Below are positions 22,845-35,369 of a stretch of DNA of 64,000 nucleotides, one piece after another (position 1 is the stretch's first letter; the number at the start of each line of letters is the position of its first letter). A program made the position numbers and the translations under genes. This stretch comes from Ostrea edulis (taxonomy: Eukaryota). The DNA lies in assembly GCF_947568905.1 (NCBI RefSeq), contig NC_079165.1, forward strand, positions 14,880,001-14,944,000, in the 5' to 3' direction. The notes beneath the pieces were generated by a model. The model did not search any database. It had not been told where the DNA came from and saw only the letters and a list, made by a program, of their open reading frames with translations.

Positions 22845-23238
22845 AGATTACCTTTCTTACTATATAATCCATCGTCGGAAACCCACGCTTCGTTCCTTTC
22901 TCCATCACCCGTGGGTCCATTCATTCCTACTCGCTCGTTTTCATGAATAATTAATGAGGCAATTTGATTGGGCGCTTATCGTATACACTGAGCGAATTTG
23001 TCCAATCAAAAAGACGCTTTCAGCCCAGTTTCGGTATACAATTCTCATGATAGCAAAGTTAAGTTGATGCTACCTTTAAAAACAGAAGAGTTCCGTTACT
23101 ATAACGATTACTTTGATTGGATGATATTTTTAAATATTTATTCATGAGAACGAGCGAGTGGGAATGAATGGACCCACAGGTGATGGAGAGAGGAACGAAG
23201 CGTAATCAACCGTGGGTTTCCGACGATGTATGTAATCT
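22845..23238. mobile_element. Foldback MITE with long imperfect TIRs downstream of the ANKS3 stop
   Basis: About 22870-22950 (catcgtcggaaacccacg...ttcatgaataa) is the reverse complement of about 23138-23228; outer AGATTAC/GTAATCT. Confidence 0.8.
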
Positions 23239-25649
23239 AATTTTTGTAAAAATAGAAATATTGATATCATTGAATGAGATATTAGTTAATTATTGTTGGC
23301 AGTATTGTTGTATTTTTCCAACAAGACATATAAAAACAACCTGTGGTATTACCCTTTATTGAATTAAGAGAAGTGTCTTTAATAAATATATTAAAGAATA
23401 GACAGCAGAAGAGGTCTTGATGTGGGATATTATTTAAAAACATTTTTTCCCCTCTGTTTGTGAGATTTTACTGGCAGTGAATACATGTACAAATTTCATC
23501 TCAGCAATCACTGGTACTAACGACTGTCATTATTTGAGGTTCTTCATTACACATTTGATTCAATGAAAATCGTTGGGGGAGGGGGGATGCAAGTGAACAT
23601 GTCAAGGCAATGATACATAGTAATACACCTCATTTTCTCATTACATGTACTGCTAGAGCAGTGAACATTTTCTTAACTACACATGCTACTAACAAAACTA
23701 TTTCAAAACTGATGAAAATGAAAACTAAATTTTTTGTTTTTATAAGTTAAATGAAAACAATTTACCATATGTAATGTAATTTATTCCCATGATTTGTCAA
23801 CCAAGTAAAAAACAGTGGGAAACATTTGTGCAGAATTATATAGGGAGGGCTAATATATTTCACTTTTTGAACATCACAGAAAATTTACAAGTCCTTTATT
23901 TATTAGGAATTCTATATTTGTACTTTATACAACCAAATGAAGACAAAAAATATGTGTCAACCAATGCATCCATTTTTGTTTGTATCAGGTGTCCTTTATT
24001 CACGTTATCGGGAGCGGTGGTCAGTAAACAAAGTATTTTAGTGTTGATGAACAGCATGTTGACATCAGGTACTTGCTTACACACACAACCGGACCCCCAA
24101 CCCCCCTCCAGTCCATATGGTACCAGGTACAATATGTGTTTAATGGGAGTCCTCTAGATAATGAGTCCTACATTTTACAATTCAATAACACACAGAGTAC
24201 AGAGTAAAACTGCTAGGTATATACACATGTTTAGGAGAATTGAAAACATTACAATGTACAGTAATACATGCTTATAATGAACATGTTTATAATGAATTCA
24301 TGCTTACAATGAACATGTTTATAACGAATTCATGCTTATTGTAAATTGATATTTATTCCCATATGAAAGGAAAATAATGAAAATTTTATTGGATATAATG
24401 AAGTTTGATTATATCTGGCCCTGGGGGTTTGCCATAACCATGTTTTACTGTATTTAATATTTCATAACATTGTTATAGAAGGAGAAGGTATTAGTGCCAA
24501 ATGAATTGCCATGACAATACCCTGTAGTGAACTTTTAAGTGAACTGAAAGATCAACACACAAAACTAAATAAAATGTGAATCTTTTTAATGCATAATTTG
24601 ATATTTTTATGTTCACCAACACACTTGTAGATTTCCAATTTTGTAAGCACCCTGGGGTGCAGATAGGTTATTGTGGGTGTATTCAATTTACACATTACAA
24701 GTATGCTGCATTAGTAGTATCCAAAATGTTTTTTAGATGTTTGTTTTGCAGTCTTATAAAAGAGTTTTTGGGTTTTTTTTAAGACCAATGACAAAGAGTT
24801 ATCATTTGTTGAGAAGTAATGTGATTTTTTGTGTAAAAATGGCAGTACTAGGTCTATGAATTTCTTTCAATAGATTTTTTTTAGTTTCCTGGGGCAGAAA
24901 TTTTCACATTTGATGAGTCTGGGGTGTTTGTTGTTTTTGTGTTTTTTAAAAGTTGTTTAGATGTTGCATGGAATACAAACATTTTATATGTAATTACCAA
25001 CTAATCATGATTTTTGGTACATTTATTTTGAATTACTCAATATAAAGTGTAAACAATTTTTGTTATTAAGACATATTTATAAAAGATTATGCATGAAAAT
25101 GCCCCAAACTTTTCATATCATAAAACACTTCTGGATGAAATGGTGGAGGAGAAAATTGAGTTATTCCCCTTTTCATTGTGTAGGTAAAATTGATCAATGC
25201 GGTAATGGTGGGGTGCCTGAGAAACTAAAGTGTGCCTTTTTGCTTAAATTGCTCTGTTTGGAATAGCTGTTCTGTGATTGATCTCCTCCCAATCATATCT
25301 ATGAGTGAATCATGATTGCGGATGATAGAAAAAATTCATATATGATGTGCAAACTTTTAATTTATAATTATATACAAGTTCATACGACTGTGATTTAGGG
25401 AGGCAATATTCTATTTTTATCAACTGCACAGCAAGATGACTGTGTCTGCATATCTAGGTATTTTTTCGAATACTCTCATTGAAATAGATCAAGTTTACCA
25501 AAATGAGAAATGTGTAACGCTAAATATTGTATCAATTTGAAGTAGAAAAAAAAGGGGTCAAATTAATTACACAGGGACTTATATATATATATATTTATAT
25601 AATTATATATATGTAAAGTAAAAAAATAAAATCCAATACTCAAACTTTT

Positions 25650-25687
25650 ATCTATAGCGCTTTCGCCCTGTGGGCTCGTCAGTAGAT
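25650..25687 (-). ncRNA. Minimal type I hammerhead ribozyme
   Basis: Minus strand reads ATCTA-CTGACGA-GCCC aca GGGC-GAA-AGCGCT-A-TAGAT: full core, 4-bp stem II, palindromic stem III, 5-bp stem I. Confidence 0.82.
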
Positions 25688-26809
25688 TTTTAAACAAAAA
25701 GAATATATATATATATATATATTTATATAATTTAGAAAAACACTGCCCACCATAAATAAGTATACCTTCACTAAAATAAGTTAATTGTGCATTAAAAAAA
25801 AATGGGTTAAATCATAGATACAGATCTTTGGATGCAAAGTACTTAACTCCTACATATAAATAGATGATGTTAGACTTTAAACTTTTTGTATCCTTTATAT
25901 CCTTATCTATTAAAATCTTGATTTTCTGAACTTATGAATTCTCTAAAAGGAGATATTATGCGAACCTTAATTTGAAACCTTTTCAAAGTAATTACTAAGA
26001 CATATTATTGTGTGTTTGACATGTATTTTTATGAGACCCTTTGATTTTTCACCTTAGATAAATCAATATCACAATTTAACAGACTATGCCAAAAATATTG
26101 AATGTCCATTGTTGTTTCACATATATTGAAATTGTACCCATAACTGATTATTTTACTGAGATGAATTGAAAGTTATACACAGTCAATTCAGCTCTTTTCA
26201 TTATATTGAATAGATTTCATGCCAAAATGTGTAAAACATTTATGTGTGTACTTGTTTATGGTGGGTAGTGTAAGTATAGAAAAATCTACACAAGTAATAG
26301 TATTATAAAAACATCACAAAGTCGATTGAGTAGACTTGACTGGTTTCTGTTCTTCCTCAGGTGTATCTCCTAAACAGGTAAGAAACGGTTGCGTTTACTC
26401 GATTGGCTTTGTAATATTGCTATTATAATATATTCATAATGTGTGTGTGGGGGTCCCTTGATAAGGTAATGGCCAGTTGGCATGCACCATCCTATGACAT
26501 TTGTCTCATACTTTTTTTTAAAAAAATATATGAAGTTACAAGTAAAATAACTAGTAATGTGTTAGTGAGTGTTTATGCTGCATACTTTACATGTATGACT
26601 GTTTTCTTAAATTTGGCTCAAACGATTATCATGTATTTTAATTAGAATATATTTTGATTATGTTATAATGTGTGAAATGTATGTCCCATACCCATTGTGA
26701 TGGTAGTTTATTACTGTTTATAGGACAAACATAATGAGTATGATAAAAAGTAAAATGAAAGTAATATGGAAGTTTTGTGTTAATTTTTAAGATTAGGAAG
26801 TATTGGATG

Positions 26810-26928
26810 AAAGGTGAAGATAACGAACAGAGATCAATCTCATAACTCCTACAAGCAATACAAAATAGATAGCTGGGCAAACACGGACCCCTGGACACAC
26901 CAGAGGTGGGATCAGGTGCCTAGGAGGA
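26810..26928 (-). mobile_element. Penelope-like 3' terminal fragment
   Basis: GAAGATAACGAACAG...GGACCCCTGGACACACCAGAGGTGGGATCAGGTGCCTAGGAG. Confidence 0.7.
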
Positions 26929-27100
26929 TAAAATATAAATTGAAGGAACGTTTCAAGTGTTATCTCAATCAACTGGAAAAAAAATAGGCCATTGCTTTAT
27001 TTAAATTTCTAATTCAATATTACTAGATGACAACGTGACAAAACTTTAAGAACCTCAAGAGGCATTGTACAATGTGTGCAGTAGAAAAATGATTCATTAT

Positions 27101-27239
27101 TAGCTCACCAGAGCTGAAAGCTCAACTGAGCTTTTCTGATCACCTGTTTTCTGTTGTCTGTCTTAACTTTTTTACATTTTCGACTTCTTCTCCAGAACCA
27201 CTGGGCCAATTCTAACCAAACTTAGCACAAAGCATCCTA

Positions 27240-27277
<38 letters not shown>

Positions 27278-27564
27278 TGACCCCTTCAAAAGGAAGATAA
27301 CTGTGAAAATAGGATGGAGTCATTTAAAAATCTTCTCAAGAACCCTGGGCCAGAAGAGCTGAAATTTACTTGAAAGATTCCTGACAAATACAGATTCAAG
27401 TTTGTTTAAACCATGACCCCAGGGGGTAGGTTGGGGTGAAAGTTTTAAATGCAAATATATAGGACAAATCTTCTTCACAAGAACCATTGGGCCAGTAAAG
27501 TACAAATTTGCATGAAAGCTTCCTGACATAGTGCAGATTCTATTTTGATAACATCACAGCCACT

Positions 27565-27607
<43 letters not shown>

Positions 27608-27868
27608 AGGGGGACACAATAGGGGATCAAAGTTTTACATACAAATATAGGGAAAATCTTCTCAAGAACCACTGGGCTAGAAATGTTTACACTTACGTAA
27701 AAGCTTCCTGACATAATGCAGATTCAAGATTGTATAAATCATGTCCCCTGGGGATAGGTTGGGCCCACAATAGGGATCAAAGTTTTATATGCGAATATAC
27801 ATATAGGGAAAATCTTTAAATTGGGCCAAGCCAACTCAGGTGAGTGATGTGGCCCATGGGCCTCTTCT
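27101..27868 (+). mobile_element. HINE-like element, same family as 7149-8023
   Basis: Same TAGCTCACC...GTGGCCCATGGGCCTCTT termini and internal repeat; contains a 42-nt poly-G run at 27565-27606. Confidence 0.85.
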
Positions 27869-29475
27869 TAGTTCCGGTGAATGAAGACTAGCCGAGCTTA
27901 GATGATAGCAGCAGTGGTGGATCAAAAAAATTCAGAAGGGGAGGGGGGGCAGTAAAAGGCTAGTGATCTGGGTACTGTCTTGAAGCCCCTAGTGGATCAA
28001 AGGTGAAGCACTGGTTGGGGGGGGGGGGGGGGTCAGAGGAGAAGCCCACTGAAGCAACAGAGTTCTGACAAAATAAGAGTATATACATATATATTAGTTT
28101 TTTTGGACATATTTCTTTGAAAACTGGATCATATTTGTGAAGGGGGTGCCTGGCGTGCTGTAACTGCCACTGGACAGTTTAGCATCTGTATTCTAATAAA
28201 AGTCACCATTTTGACAGCATCAACCTGAAAATTGCCTAATTTGGTTAAAACCTGATGAATAGTGTGTGTGATTGGAGAAACATGGCATCAGGGTAAGTCT
28301 GAACTAATGTGGTTTCTAAGTTTGATTTGGTATGATTAACGTATGCCCCGCGGCAAGGATGCGGCACATTAGAAAATATAATTCGTCTGAAAAAATCAGT
28401 AGAATGAAAGCAAGGAACGACAACTCTGGGTAGAGATTTTTCTGTTGCGCTTACTTCCACAGGTGAGCGATGTGGCCCATAGGCCTCTTAGTTTCATGTG
28501 ATTAAACTATCGAGATAGTTGTGTCAGGACTCAGGTACAATTTATATTGGGACCAGCTCGGAACAATGTAGAGTGTACCTATCGAAAAGGATCACTGACA
28601 CGCCATGAATATACCCGGTGTCGTAAGTTGATTTTAAGGGGGGAGGGGTAGTCGGTTTTAAGGACGACAACCCCGATGCCTTCTTCAATGCAGATTTATA
28701 CAGAACATGAGGTAACATATCCGCATTGTGCATGTATCACAGGGCTGTGTTTATGTGAAAATAGTTACTTGCAGCTGGAAGCTTGACAGAAGTTTATCTG
28801 CAGACGATGACTTCTGAGGCTGATGTCAACAGATGTGGGGAGTTGTCAGCAGCCAGGAATATTTGTTACTTGGAGTCAAAACACATTTTCTCTTTCAAGA
28901 ATCTGGGAAGTGATCCACCAGAGGAGGGGGATATTAGGAGGAACTGCACTTCAAACCAGCAATAGACAGAAATGTTTAGAAAATACGTGTACAGCATTAA
29001 TCGCTACTTACGTCATATCCCCTGGTTTTAGAGGGGTGTTTAGCTGTCCTTAGATGTGCTACCACCCTGGCACGTGGATCTCGTTTTTCTAAACACCGTG
29101 TGATTATGTAGACTGGAAATTAACACGATGGTTTTAATTTCACTATGTTCACGATTTATCATTTTCTCGCTAAATTTATATAAACCCATAGTCAATAATA
29201 CATCAGGATATTTCTGTGCTTCATAATGTAGATTTTCTAATAACGTAACATGGGATCCAGTAAACTTTTACCTGATCAAGATTTCATCTTTGTCGTCTAA
29301 TTCAACCAAACTTAATACAAAGTATCTTAGGTTAAAGGGATGTATGTTTGTTCGTTCCTATCCAAGGGAAGGAAGTTGTGGAATAGTCGGATGTGATGTT
29401 TAAAAAATCTGCTCGAGAATCGCTAAACCAATGTAGGCAAATCTTGTACAAAATCTTCCTTCTTTAGTATTGATT

Positions 29476-29543
29476 CCAATCGGAACATCACTCGGCCTAT
29501 TCCGGAGAATTCTCCGAAATAGGCCGAGTGATGTTCCGATTGG
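29476..29543. mobile_element. 68-bp palindromic micro-element with target-site duplication
   Basis: 26-bp perfect arms around a further palindromic core centred on GAATTC; TATTGATT duplicated at 29468-29475 and 29544-29551. Confidence 0.75.
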
Positions 29544-29722
29544 TATTGATTCAATTTCAAGATCGTTAAAACTATGGACCTTGAGACCCGGATGCGATTG
29601 CAGTAGTGGTTTGGGGTCTTACATAGAAATATATACGGGTACATTTAGGTGCAATATTTGTAAATTTTACAAGGGTACAATTAGTCAAGTTGGCATGCCA
29701 ACATCTTCATCTTGCGCATACT

Positions 29723-29801
29723 TAGCTGCAGAACTGTAGCTCTACGAAAAAAAATTATGTTGACAGACCGGAGATTTCGGAGAGCTACAGTTCTGCAGCT
29801 A
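29723..29801. mobile_element. 79-bp foldback element related to the 18534 insertion
   Basis: 21-bp TIR TAGCTGCAGAACTGTAGCTCT / AGAGCTACAGTTCTGCAGCTA. Confidence 0.65.
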
Positions 29802-31840
29802 GTACATACTGAGGTTTGCCTAAAGTGATAACCCCTAGGATTTAAAATTCATTCTAAAACATTGACAAAAGCACATTTATCACGTGATGAAGTAGGTTAG
29901 AAAGTAAAGGCGATACCACGAGGACGCAAGAACGCAATGAAACAACGTACGATTTCCGAAAGGCACACAGCGCTTTTTCAACGTTGAAAATAAATAGAAT
30001 AATAGTTTCAACGTTGAACCATAATTCAATATTGTTCAACTTTATAAGATATCAACACTTTTCACGCTCTGAAGATTTATAACGGCTACAACAGTCATCG
30101 ATCATTTCAACTGAAATTATGCAACAGCATCCTTCAACGTCAAATTGGGTGTAATCTTCTTCACTCCCTCCCCCGCTTCTCGCATCCCCCCTTCTCGTAT
30201 CATAAAGTATTCGTTTAATTTTTGGACAACAGATGACTGCATTATGCCTAGTAAAATACTATGTGATTTAGAAAATAAACAAGCTAATTATGGTAATTAG
30301 GTTAACACATGATAAAGTAAGAAATTATCTCCGCTCTTTATATAGGTTTGGTGCATTATTTGGTACAATAATTTGTACTGAATACGGAAATAAGTTTTTA
30401 AAGATGTATTTTGAACGAGGAAAGATTTACATTACCAGTGTTTTGTCCGTATTTTTGATGAAAGCACTTGCCTTTCAACTCGACATAAAAACCTATATGG
30501 GGTGGGGTGGGGGGGGGTGGTAGGAAAACAATGCAAGCATGGGGGTAATATATGCATTTATAATCGACTTCGTTGACTATACAACGCTCGTCAGCTTTGA
30601 TTAATAAATAATAAGGGGGAGCACGTGACCATGACAAAGCATAGAAACTTGCACAGAAGTAGGTTAAACTGAGCGTTAGTGTTACAATACAATATATCGT
30701 CACGAGGATTTTGTATATATCCATTGTCATCGGTGAATTACCTTCCATATTATATAATATGTCTTACAATAGCGTAGGAATATGTGCTATTTATTTTGTA
30801 ATTTGTGATAATAGGCCATGCATTATAATTTAGTCTAGAGATTGTTCCCATTCATTCATTCATTTTATTCGCTCAAACCACAATGGAAATGGTATATGAG
30901 GTACAATACAGAAATTTCATATATCAACACAAGTATATAACGTCAGAGGAATGTATATAGGTATGCAAATAAACAGTGAAATATACACATAAATATGTAC
31001 ACAAATTTGAAGTTGTGTGTTAAGCAACTACAGCAGTTTTGACGTAGTCCAGCAACAACAAAACTCAATTTATCTTACTATTATTCTATACATTAGACAT
31101 ATAAGTAAAAGTATAATGTTTGTATGTACATAACGTCCACAGGAAATGCTTTATATCGAGGAGCTGTGGGGGAAGGGGGGGGGGGTCTCCAATACAGGGG
31201 TGGATCCATAAAAATATCAAATTGATCAACCCAATTCAAGATGGTACCTGTTCCTTCCCAAAGGGGAGGGGGTACGGATCTTAAAATGACCATTTTAGTT
31301 TTAAATGTTTTGATCAAGGATAGGGGATGGGATAGGTGGGGGTACCCTTTGGATTCGTACTACAAGACACGTGTACATTTACAAGGTAGAGGTGCATGAA
31401 TTAACGATCCAACACCATTATCACCGTCATTCTAATGAAATGAGCGACGAACTTCTCGCGCGTGGCTCGGAGGAAGTTCAGACGGTATATTTAATCAGTA
31501 CTACCAACCAAATATGTCCATAATATCCCATATCCAGAGATAATGGAAACGTGATTACAAGTCTGAGGAAATACGGCCGTATATCGGAAACTAATTAACA
31601 GAAAGTGATTGTCGGAGACATTTAATATGAATCATGTCCTAGAGTGCATTGAAAACTATAGCGAAAGTTATCGAACTTACGCAAGGTTGCGATTTATAAA
31701 TAGAATCGACTCATTTGAATAACTCGGATTTTTAAAGTAATATATTTCGCAGAGAAATTCATTATACTGGGTACCCGGTTTTCCCCAAAAAACAAAACAA
31801 ACCCCACCTACCTAGAAGTATATTGGATACACAACACAAA

Positions 31841-32060
31841 NNNNNNNNNNNNNNNNNNNNNNNNNNNNNNNNNNNNNNNNNNNNNNNNNNNNNNNNNNNN
31901 NNNNNNNNNNNNNNNNNNNNNNNNNNNNNNNNNNNNNNNNNNNNNNNNNNNNNNNNNNNNNNNNNNNNNNNNNNNNNNNNNNNNNNNNNNNNNNNNNNNN
32001 NNNNNNNNNNNNNNNNNNNNNNNNNNNNNNNNNNNNNNNNNNNNNNNNNNNNNNNNNNNN
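31841..32060. other. Assembly gap (220 N)
   Basis: Run of N. Confidence 1.
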
Positions 32061-32096
32061 GACTCCAAAATTGTTCGTGTCGGTGGTCTGTATCAG

Positions 32097-32099
<3 letters not shown>

Positions 32100-32138
<39 letters not shown>
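32100..32138. repeat. (CT)n microsatellite; a (GA)n run also lies at about 62977-63021
   Basis: Direct read. Confidence 0.95.
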
Positions 32139-32147
<9 letters not shown>

Positions 32148-34678
32148 TATATGTTACACACACAGTGGTATGGGGGGAGGGGCATATAAATGCCTTTTAA
32201 ATTATCTTAAGAAATCTTAACTTTTATTAATTCGTTTAGTCCCTCTTCCGCCGTTACTGCACATTTCTTTGTGAGCACCAGACTGTAACGGTAACTAATA
32301 TCGATTCTTTTAAATAATGAAATGACGCAGATGGTCTACGTTTTATTTAGTACAGGGAACCCTTTATTTGATCGATTTGTATATTCCGCAGCCATGATGT
32401 TGTATATAGGAAACCAGGGGATCTATTTTTAGCACAGTCAGCTGGGCTGAGACAAGGGGAACAGTAAGCTGGAGTGAGCTTTTGTTGAAATAGGTATGTT
32501 CATTGTTCAACGATCTGTTTATGTAACTATTACTGCACATCTTCAGATACTTAACGTTTGGTTTTAGCCAGTATATAACTCGTTATTTATAAATCAATGT
32601 GAACGGGAAGAGGGGTTTGTCACAGTTTCATTTATTTTTATATTTAGGGGGAGGAATTGAGGTCAGCACAGACATGTTTACTCTTTCCGGTAGTAAACAC
32701 CATCAGGGGCTTAAGTGCAACCGAGTTACGGAAATATTTTTTTATTTTAAATGCATTATATACGGAGAATTATTGATCCGACACACTGTGTTGAATTTGT
32801 GTGTAGTAATGAGGGATGCTGGGAGGCGACGGAGGCACGAAGAATGACACATATAGTCATTTTCATGTGATGCCCACTCACGTGCACTTAATGTATGAAA
32901 TGGTTGACATGTTGCATTCATCGGCCACTAAAATGATTGCGGAAATTAAAGGCTGCGGAGGAGGCCTGGTTTCGCTTTTGTGCTGTGTGTAAAATTAGCG
33001 ACTTACTTAGCTTTTATATAATAGATGTGTTCTGTTGTATGCAAAGTGGTAGTACATGAAGGACTTACTCTTGTTTTTAATCATTGTATGTTTTCTTTTC
33101 TTTTTTTCGCTCTAGGAAGTTCAAGGTCGGACAGAGAGTTAATCTAGTTGGTGAAGAGGTGCGGAGCTATCGGTCAAAATAACATGTGCGTTGGTCAACT
33201 AATGTTTATTGAGAGCGATAAAAAGAGCAGAACAGATGATGAAGGGTGAAAGAGGGGGGTAGGATTTCGTGCATTTTCCTGGATTTTCTTCATCAATTTC
33301 TGGAAATTGAAACAAGTAAGTTCGTTTTGAATTATCCTTGTGGCTCTTAATTTTACAAAATATTTCTAGATAGCGTATGCTATCGTATTTAAATGTTCTT
33401 AGAATTCCAAAGATCATAGGTCATACACTTTTGTGTAAATGTATTTGTTTCCTAGAATAGCAGAAAGCTATTGTCATACTTTTAAGCCCCCAATTAATTC
33501 TGAACCGTGCAAGATTTGTAAACATATTATACGATAAAAAAAAACCCTAGCATAATTTAAATGTGCAAATTTTTACATTAATATCCAGGTGAGACACACA
33601 ACACGTGTGTATGCTGGGATTTAGCGTAACTTTACAATCCATATCGGAGACTACACCAGTATATCTGTGTGTAAGACCTTTGAACGGGAGAAATTTCCTG
33701 TATGGATTTTTAAAAGGCCATTGTATGACTAATCAGGTGCGCAATGCGCGCTTTTCCACTTCGATCAGCTGATCAACAGAAAGAGAATTTGACCATGCGG
33801 TTTTCTTAAAACTGCAATCCTTTTCTGAAGGTACACACAGGTAGGGTCTAAATCACAAAATCTCTGTTGAGTGTCTCTAGGTTTTAAAATGATAAGGAAG
33901 CGACTGTGCTTAAATCGCAAGGCAATTTTAAACGCGTTGTTTTCATTTCTTCTTTAAAGAATCCCTGAATCATCACAATGCAAATTCAAGCACGCATGGT
34001 TAAATTTCGATCTTGAGCTGGATTGTTGATTTTTCCCATATTGTAGCGCGATTCTGCTCTTGCTTTGCGATATCGATTAACTGATTTTCGGATGGTGATC
34101 GACAGACTTAACAGTTATTTATATATCAAGTCAGACAGGGGCGGATGCAGGATTTTATGGTATTTTGTGATGTATACATGCATGTAGTTATTTATTATGT
34201 GTTTTTTGGGGACAGATTTTACCACTCTGACGTGTAATAAAATGCTGGAATAGTGACACGGCGTATGGTCTTATACATGTTGTCCACCATTGTTCAAATT
34301 CATTGATTATACGCAGGACCTACTCTGTATTCTGTGTCAATGATGCCAGTTTATCAGTGTGTAGCGCCATTACATAACGGAATATAGTATATTCTTTATT
34401 TCAACAAGACAGAGGTTTGGTGACAGCCCATCTGTTTGTTCGTGGAGAGGGGATACTCCTCTTAAACGTGTGAAAATAAACATTTCTCTTGAGTAAATTG
34501 CTGTCAGATTTGACCTGAACTTAATACACAAGTGGTACTCAAGAGAGGGTCAAGAAAGTTGACTAGAGGTTATCGTATGTTGACTGTTGCGTCCACTGAG
34601 TGGGTGCAATATTATCAGTATACGATACCGTAGGATTGCATAGAAGGATGGGGTTTAGAACAGTTTTAGACTTATCTG

Positions 34679-34682
<4 letters not shown>

Positions 34683-34727
<45 letters not shown>
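34683..34727. repeat. (TA)n microsatellite (others at about 14806, 16078, 25580 and 25704)
   Basis: Direct read. Confidence 0.95.
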
Positions 34728-34728
<1 letters not shown>

Positions 34729-34744
34729 CTCTAAACATTTTGTA

Positions 34745-34780
34745 GAAATATTTCGACCCTGTTACCGGTCTTCTTCAGTC
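34745..34780 (-). ncRNA. Degenerate hammerhead-like motif
   Basis: Minus strand reads CTGAAGA-A-GACC ggtaacag GGTC-GAAA-TATTTC; extra A before stem II and no convincing stem I; next to a (TA)n run like two of the intact copies. Confidence 0.4.
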
Positions 34781-34925
34781 GTGTATATATGACGATTTAA
34801 CAAACTTAATTGGTGTAAGATTATCAGTATGCATGTAGTTACATTAAGTATTTGGACCCTTTAAGTACATTGATTTTCAAATATTTGATTTGGAACTCTT
34901 TGACAGTTTGAATATCGATCTGATC

Positions 34926-35057
34926 TGAGATGAAGAAGTGGAATTAATATTTTACCTATAGTTTTCTACCTTCATCTTTCCAGGGAATGAATGAGATGCA
35001 GAAGTGGAATTAATATTTTACCTATAGTTTTCTACCTTCATCTTTCCAGGGAATGAA
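34926..35057. repeat. 66-bp tandem duplication including the acceptor of MCT coding exon 1
   Basis: TGAGATG...CTTTCCAG|GGAATGAA occurs twice; acceptors precede 34984 and 35050. Confidence 0.9.
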
Positions 35058-35104
35058 AGACCAGACAAGAGCCTGAGAAACTCAATATCTTCTAACTTTG
35101 CAAT

Positions 35105-35369
35105 ATGTCCAGTGAAAGGACTAAGGAGCGTCATGAATCGGGGGAATCCCACGACTCCACGGACAGCGTGGGGGACTTCATACCCTCCCCACCGGACGGA
35201 GGGTGGGGCTGGGTCATCGTCTTCAGTTCCCTGGTGTGTAACATCATTGTGGATGGTATAGGGTACGCCTTTGGTGTTCTACTTCCTCAGTGGGTGGAGG
35301 TGTTTGGAGAATCACAGAGCAAGGTGTCCCTAGTAGGCTCGCTTCTGGTCGGGGTCTACCTTTGTGCTG
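35105..35369 (+). CDS. MCT coding exon 1
   Basis: MSSERTKE...[14 protein letters not shown]...VYLCA; donor G|GTAGGT. Confidence 0.92.

Noticed and set aside
31762-32200. ORFs spanning the N-run
   Set aside because: Artefacts of the assembly gap and the (CT)n microsatellite.
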